Source: Candidatus Latescibacterota bacterium
Lineage (GTDB): Bacteria > Latescibacterota > UBA2968 > UBA8231
Assembly (NCBI GenBank): GCA_965219385.1
Contig: CBDCNM010000002.1
Span: 1,482,936 to 1,546,935 of the forward strand
Direction: 5' to 3'
Length of the DNA: 64,000 nucleotides
Position numbers and translations under genes: made by a program. Under the pieces are notes generated by a model. It searched no databases. It worked only from the letters and a program-made list of their open reading frames with translations, and was not told where the DNA came from. This document shows, in pieces, positions 59,735-64,000 of this stretch (its first letter is position 1; each line of letters begins with the position of its first letter).

Positions 59735-61036
59735 TTAGCTCTGGGAAAAGTCCAACGAGCGGGCTACCGTCAGCCGCTCGCCAGTCTTTGGATCGTCCTC
59801 TTTCAGCAGGCGTTCGAGATCGGCTATAACCTTGCGTAAAGGGGTTGCTTCCGGCGGTGCCATGGCCGTGAAGCCGTGGGTTAGAATGCTGTCGTTGCGT
59901 CTGCTGGTCTGCGACTCGCTGTGTCTATCGAATTGGATCAATTGGTCAGCGAGTGGATCACCAAGATATTCCAGCAGCTTAACGGCCTGATAGCGGGATG
60001 CCTGTAATTTTCCCTTTTTTCCGTCTGTGATGAAGGAGAGAGCCTTAATCGCCGCGTCGTTTGGCGGCAAGTCGGCGCTGTTGTAGCCTTGGTCAAATAG
60101 CCGGATCTGCCCGATCAGTTCGAGCACCCGATAGGCGCGTATCAGGGCGTCCTCGAAGTGCTGGTCTCGCAGACGCCGCTCCGCATTGGCCAACAGATCG
60201 CAGACCAGCGCCCGCAGATGTGCGGCCATCGCCGCATGGCCAGACCGATCAGGATTAAGCCTCTGGTCTAGTCGGCGGAGCCACTTACTCATTTCTGGGG
60301 TTGGTGCAAATCTGCCCGCTTCTTTCGCCAGCGCCCCGCGCCGGTCCAACGCCTCAACGGCTGCTTTATAGTCGAGCCGATCCCAAGCGACGTAGATGTA
60401 CGCCGCTGAACGCAGGGCTTCGGCCTGTACACGGAATTGCTCTGAAAATAATCCGGCGAAAGGTCCATCCAGGTGGGGCAATAGTTCGATCACAGCACCG
60501 AAGTCGCCGTGGCCCATGAGACGTTCGGCTTGGTCGAGGCGTCGGCGTTCAGTAACAAGGTTGGTCCTTATCTGGCCGACCTTTTCGGTGCCGGGAATCA
60601 CCATGCCGCGCTCGTCGCGCTGCCCGCTATGGACGTAGCGCAAGACCGGGATGTCGCGGCCAAGCGCCGCCAGTACCAAGGCGGCACTCATGGCCTTGGT
60701 GCCGCGAGTGAAATCCACTACGATGTCGCTTGGCTTGAAGCCGTCGTCAATGAGCCGGGCGAGCACCGAATCAAAATGCCCGAAACAGGCGTCCGCGTTA
60801 TTCTCCTGCCCTGACGCCGGCAGTGCATCAATCTCGACGGTGGGGTTGGAGATGCGCTCCTGCAAGGTTTGGGCAAACTCCTCAGTCTCGCGCGACGGCA
60901 ACAAGACGATTCGGTCCCATTCGCCGTCTTCGACGCTTTTGAGCATCGGAACAAGCAGAGTCCGTTCGATGTCATCAATGTTGCCGGTACCAACAGTGAG
61001 GACCAGGGCTTTTTTGCTACTAGGGTGAGTGGTCAT
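59735..61036 (-). CDS. CARF-domain protein with HEPN-like motif (TIGR02710-like)
   Basis: LVLTVGTG, VDFTRGTKAMSAAL, DLLANAERR, RAYRVLE, RNDSILTHG (RxxxxxxH-type). Confidence 0.85.
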   Translation of the reverse strand: MTTHPSSKKALVLTVGTGNIDDIERTLLVPMLKSVEDGEWDRIVLLPSRETEEFAQTLQERISNPTVEIDALPASGQENNADACFGHFDSVLARLIDDGFKPSDIVVDFTRGTKAMSAALVLAALGRDIPVLRYVHSGQRDERGMVIPGTEKVGQIRTNLVTERRRLDQAERLMGHGDFGAVIELLPHLDGPFAGLFSEQFRVQAEALRSAAYIYVAWDRLDYKAAVEALDRRGALAKEAGRFAPTPEMSKWLRRLDQRLNPDRSGHAAMAAHLRALVCDLLANAERRLRDQHFEDALIRAYRVLELIGQIRLFDQGYNSADLPPNDAAIKALSFITDGKKGKLQASRYQAVKLLEYLGDPLADQLIQFDRHSESQTSRRNDSILTHGFTAMAPPEATPLRKVIADLERLLKEDDPKTGERLTVARSLDFSQS

Positions 61037-61586
61037 CAGTAGTAGACCTAGGTATTCCTACCTTTTCACCGCTTTTGCGAACCAGAGCCACCAAGGCGGC
61101 ATCGACGATACCAGCCAGGCCGCTTTTGTCATCATAGTCGATCACCTGTTTGAGTTCTAGGCGTAGTGGCAAGTCCCCTTTTGTTAATTCCAATTCTGCC
61201 AGCGGCAGCCAAATCTCCGCCCCGCGATCTTCTACCAACTTTATCCATGGCGGCGGCCCGGGTTCCACCTGGGTCCCCCACAGGGCATGATGCTCCGTCA
61301 GAGTATCGGTCAATTTTTGCAATTCCAGCCTACGGCCCTGCCAAGTTCCGCCCCAATGAGACCAGACATGCCATTCGCCGTCCTCGCCGAATAAACGAAG
61401 GTCGCTGACCCGTGCCCAATCCGGTTGCACATCTGGAGGCCAGCAGATTTTGTCCGACTGAACCACGCCAAAACCGATAAAGCCGGGTTCCTGTAATAAG
61501 ATCCACGCTGTCTCGTTCGTGGTTACATAGGGCAAGTGTGAACAGACCAATTCTTCATTAAGTTCTTCATGCGTTTTCTTAGACAT
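61020..61586 (-). CDS. csx19: Type III-D subunit Csx19
   Basis: DLRLFGEDGEWHVW, LWGT; position after the double-RAMP gene. Confidence 0.8.
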   Translation of the reverse strand: MSKKTHEELNEELVCSHLPYVTTNETAWILLQEPGFIGFGVVQSDKICWPPDVQPDWARVSDLRLFGEDGEWHVWSHWGGTWQGRRLELQKLTDTLTEHHALWGTQVEPGPPPWIKLVEDRGAEIWLPLAELELTKGDLPLRLELKQVIDYDDKSGLAGIVDAALVALVRKSGEKVGIPRSTTDDHSP

Positions 61587-61599
61587 CTGCGATCCTCTC

Positions 61600-63063
61600 T
61601 TATTTTTTAGGTCGCCGTGAACCTTTGGGGCGACCAGGAGATTCCTGGGCCTTCTCGACACAACATTCGAGGAATGAGTCTTCACCATCTACAAGCGTCA
61701 TGCTGTTATTAACATGTGAAAATTCCCAAACCTTAACATCTGGCGAGGTAGAACATTTTAATTGAAATAAGGCTCTGAAACCCTCGAAAGTACCGCGACC
61801 ATTGCTCGTTTCTCCACCCAGGGCGGCATGCCCATTCCAGAAGTCGCGCAGGGTCAAGAACAACAAGCCAATTTCTTCGTCCTCGGGTTCCTCCAGTTTC
61901 AATATCAACCGGAGATGTGGCATTGGTTTTTTCAAGTCCTTGAGGCAGATTGGAAAAATCGGTTTTTCGTTAAACAAGGCACTCTGCAAACTGCCCCCGG
62001 TAAATCGATCAATAGCAACGCGATCCTGCCACCGTGGTTCCACATTCTTCACCAACTTTTCCTCAATCCATACCCGGCTTGCCCACAAACCTTGCGGATC
62101 TTTGGCTTCTTGTTCATGGACAGGGCCGAATATTTCACTCACTGCGTCCTCAGACCAGCCAATGGTGGTTGCGATCAGAGAAGCGCGATGCCGGAATGCA
62201 CCGGCAAAGGATGTGCCGGGGACGACAGGCTCTCCAGCGGAGTGCAGATGAACCATGTCTGGAGCTTCTGGATCAGAAGGTGAACTACGGATTAACAGGG
62301 ATGTACGCAGGATGAAATCCGCTTCAAGGCGAAAGTATTGTCGTTGATCAGATGGCAATGGATGTGGCGTCGAATTACTCGCGGGACGAGACCAGACCGA
62401 GCCACGTAGCCACGCCATGACATCCTCTGGATCGTTCATCTGCAAATCGCGTATCTCCCAGGACGCTACCTTGCCGCGACCATAGCCCCGGCGGGTTCGT
62501 GCGCCCAGTCGGATATCGCCTGTTTTGAACCCATGTAAGAGAGCTAAGAACAACTTCCCTAATTCATTATTATCGTCTCCGTCTCCCTTACGAATAATGC
62601 ACTCCAGATCCAACTTAAATTCAGTCCCGCGTTCGACAACTTCCACGTCGAATTTTGCCTTTGCAGCGGCAGAACCCGATTGGGTGTCCACACGCACGCC
62701 ATCGCGGATTGATGTCCATGCTTGCTCGCTGGCACAGGCAGCATCGGCAACGATTAAGGCACTCATGGTATCCTTTTCATCCGCTCCGCCGAAAAGCCGT
62801 TTGAGCACCTGGCCCTCATCCCCCTCTTGGTATTCCGCCCAGGGCAAACTCTGCCGGGCCAGAAAACTCCGCGCCGCTCCAGCGATGGATGCACCCGGAA
62901 TAAAGGGCTGTCCATCCGCATCCTTCAGAAGGCACATATCCGCTATACCTGTTTCGTCTCCCCCAAAGTGCGCCACACTGTCCAGCTCCCACTTACCCCG
63001 AGCATACAAACGGCGCACAATGGCATCCTTAGCTTCAGATGTTTCTGTCTTCGTATTTGCCAT
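61600..63063 (-). CDS. csm3: Type III-D double Cas7 (Csm3-group RAMP x2)
   Basis: Two RAMP domains: IPGASIAG..LFG..LGARTRRGYG and VPGTSFAG..IFG..IDRFTGG..LGGETSNGRG. Confidence 0.9.
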   Translation of the reverse strand: MANTKTETSEAKDAIVRRLYARGKWELDSVAHFGGDETGIADMCLLKDADGQPFIPGASIAGAARSFLARQSLPWAEYQEGDEGQVLKRLFGGADEKDTMSALIVADAACASEQAWTSIRDGVRVDTQSGSAAAKAKFDVEVVERGTEFKLDLECIIRKGDGDDNNELGKLFLALLHGFKTGDIRLGARTRRGYGRGKVASWEIRDLQMNDPEDVMAWLRGSVWSRPASNSTPHPLPSDQRQYFRLEADFILRTSLLIRSSPSDPEAPDMVHLHSAGEPVVPGTSFAGAFRHRASLIATTIGWSEDAVSEIFGPVHEQEAKDPQGLWASRVWIEEKLVKNVEPRWQDRVAIDRFTGGSLQSALFNEKPIFPICLKDLKKPMPHLRLILKLEEPEDEEIGLLFLTLRDFWNGHAALGGETSNGRGTFEGFRALFQLKCSTSPDVKVWEFSHVNNSMTLVDGEDSFLECCVEKAQESPGRPKGSRRPKK

Positions 63064-63074
63064 GCTATTAGTCC

Positions 63075-63717
63075 TTATTTATCCCTTGACTTACGGCGCA
63101 GTGCTGTAAGTAGATGATCGAGAAATACTGTACACATCTTCGCGCTGTCATCCGAGACCAGTTTGTCAATCATGGTTTGGCGCATATCGGCGTAGCGACC
63201 TTCGACAAGCTCTTCAACGCGACTTTCAATCAATTGCCGAGTTAAGGACTCTGGTTCAGTCCATGCCTTTTTGAACAAATTGCACAGTGTCATTTGGCGC
63301 GACAGTCCGGGGATGTCGGCGTTTATCCGACAGTTCATCAATCCTTCCTCTGCCGGCTTACGTAAGTTATTTAAGCTCTCAACAGGCGCATCTTGTTGGA
63401 GAAACAGACGTAGCCGGCCGAGAAGGGCATTGCTTGGAACGTTCTGCGTCCGCTCAGCGCAGGTCATGGCACGCTGTTGCATCTCAGCCAAGCAACGCGA
63501 TCGTACAACGCCATACAGCAGGTCTTGGACACTCTGTGGTATCTTCGAGTCTGGCGCGCTGGGTATATTTTTCTCATCCAGTTGGATTTCTTCCCACAAC
63601 TGAAGATTGCCCTGTCGATTGACTGCAATGCGGCCATACCCCTCTTCCTTGCGTAACCCTAGGCCATCGTGCTCCAATTGCAAGAGATGCTTCTGATCGA
63701 GAGCTTTATCAGCCTTA
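63075..63717 (-). pseudogene. csx10: 3' part of a Csx10-like (Cas5 plus Cas11-like) type III-D gene, interrupted by IS5
   Basis: G-loop GLGLRKEEGYGRI followed by a helical C-terminus; the frame stays open up to the IS end. Confidence 0.75.
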
Positions 63718-64000
63718 GAGTCTCTAACAAAACCTTGGAATCGCGTATAGGCTTCATTATATTCTTATCCTCTTCGGTATTGCTTCTACCGTCTTGATAT
63801 GGAGGTGTTTTTGATGGCCAAGCCGTTACTCGACGATGGGTTATGGGCCTTGATTGAACCGGTTTTGCCCCCCGTAACCGTTGGCCCCCAAGGGGGGCGG
63901 CCTCGGCTGGATAACCGTAGGGTGCTGACCGGCATTCTCTTTGTGCTCAAGACGGGTATCCCTTGGGAGTATTTGCCTCAAGAGATGGGGTGCGGTTCGG
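63718..64000 (+). mobile_element. Second copy of the IS5 element (left end; runs off the window)
   Basis: TTA then GAGTCTCTAACAAAAC; matches the reverse complement of 53390-53672. Confidence 0.93.

Noticed and set aside
52768..64000. CRISPR locus delivered as an IS5 composite transposon or CAST
   Set aside because: The left IS has its own TTA duplication inside IS1595 and the right one disrupts a cas gene; there are no Tn7-like genes.
1..64000. tRNA, rRNA or integrase marking an island
   Set aside because: None recognised in the window.

Overview
GC-rich bacterial chromosome segment. The T9SS-like C-terminal domains, PorV, C-terminal 'TWGxLK' motifs and an ankyrin lipoprotein suggest an FCB-group or sponge-symbiont-type organism such as Latescibacterota; this is inference. 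From left to right it holds: a TonB receptor/large secreted protein/PorV triad (3.7-11.3 kb); an eroded defence island with an intact DUF1156 methyltransferase and a collapsed DUF499 ATPase (11.3-15.5 kb); a second TonB receptor, nupC, an AI-2E transporter, a secreted nuclease, catabolic enzymes and a Liv-type ABC transporter (15.6-34 kb); a SpoIIM-MoxR-DUF58-RDD operon (34.8-41.6 kb); and a CRISPR region (46.7-64 kb). The CRISPR region has a 26-repeat array, cas2, cas1, a CRISPR-associated primase-polymerase, a CARF-HEPN gene and type III-D effector genes cut by an IS5 copy. The most unusual structure is a second array with a variant repeat. Its flank shares a 9-bp motif with the main leader at exactly the same distance from the first repeat, and its four repeats enclose a 2.9-kb gene-bearing block where a spacer should be, with genes cut at the repeat edges. 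Intergenic DNA across the window is a patchwork of short gene fragments. All family calls come from motif recognition by eye, not from database searches.
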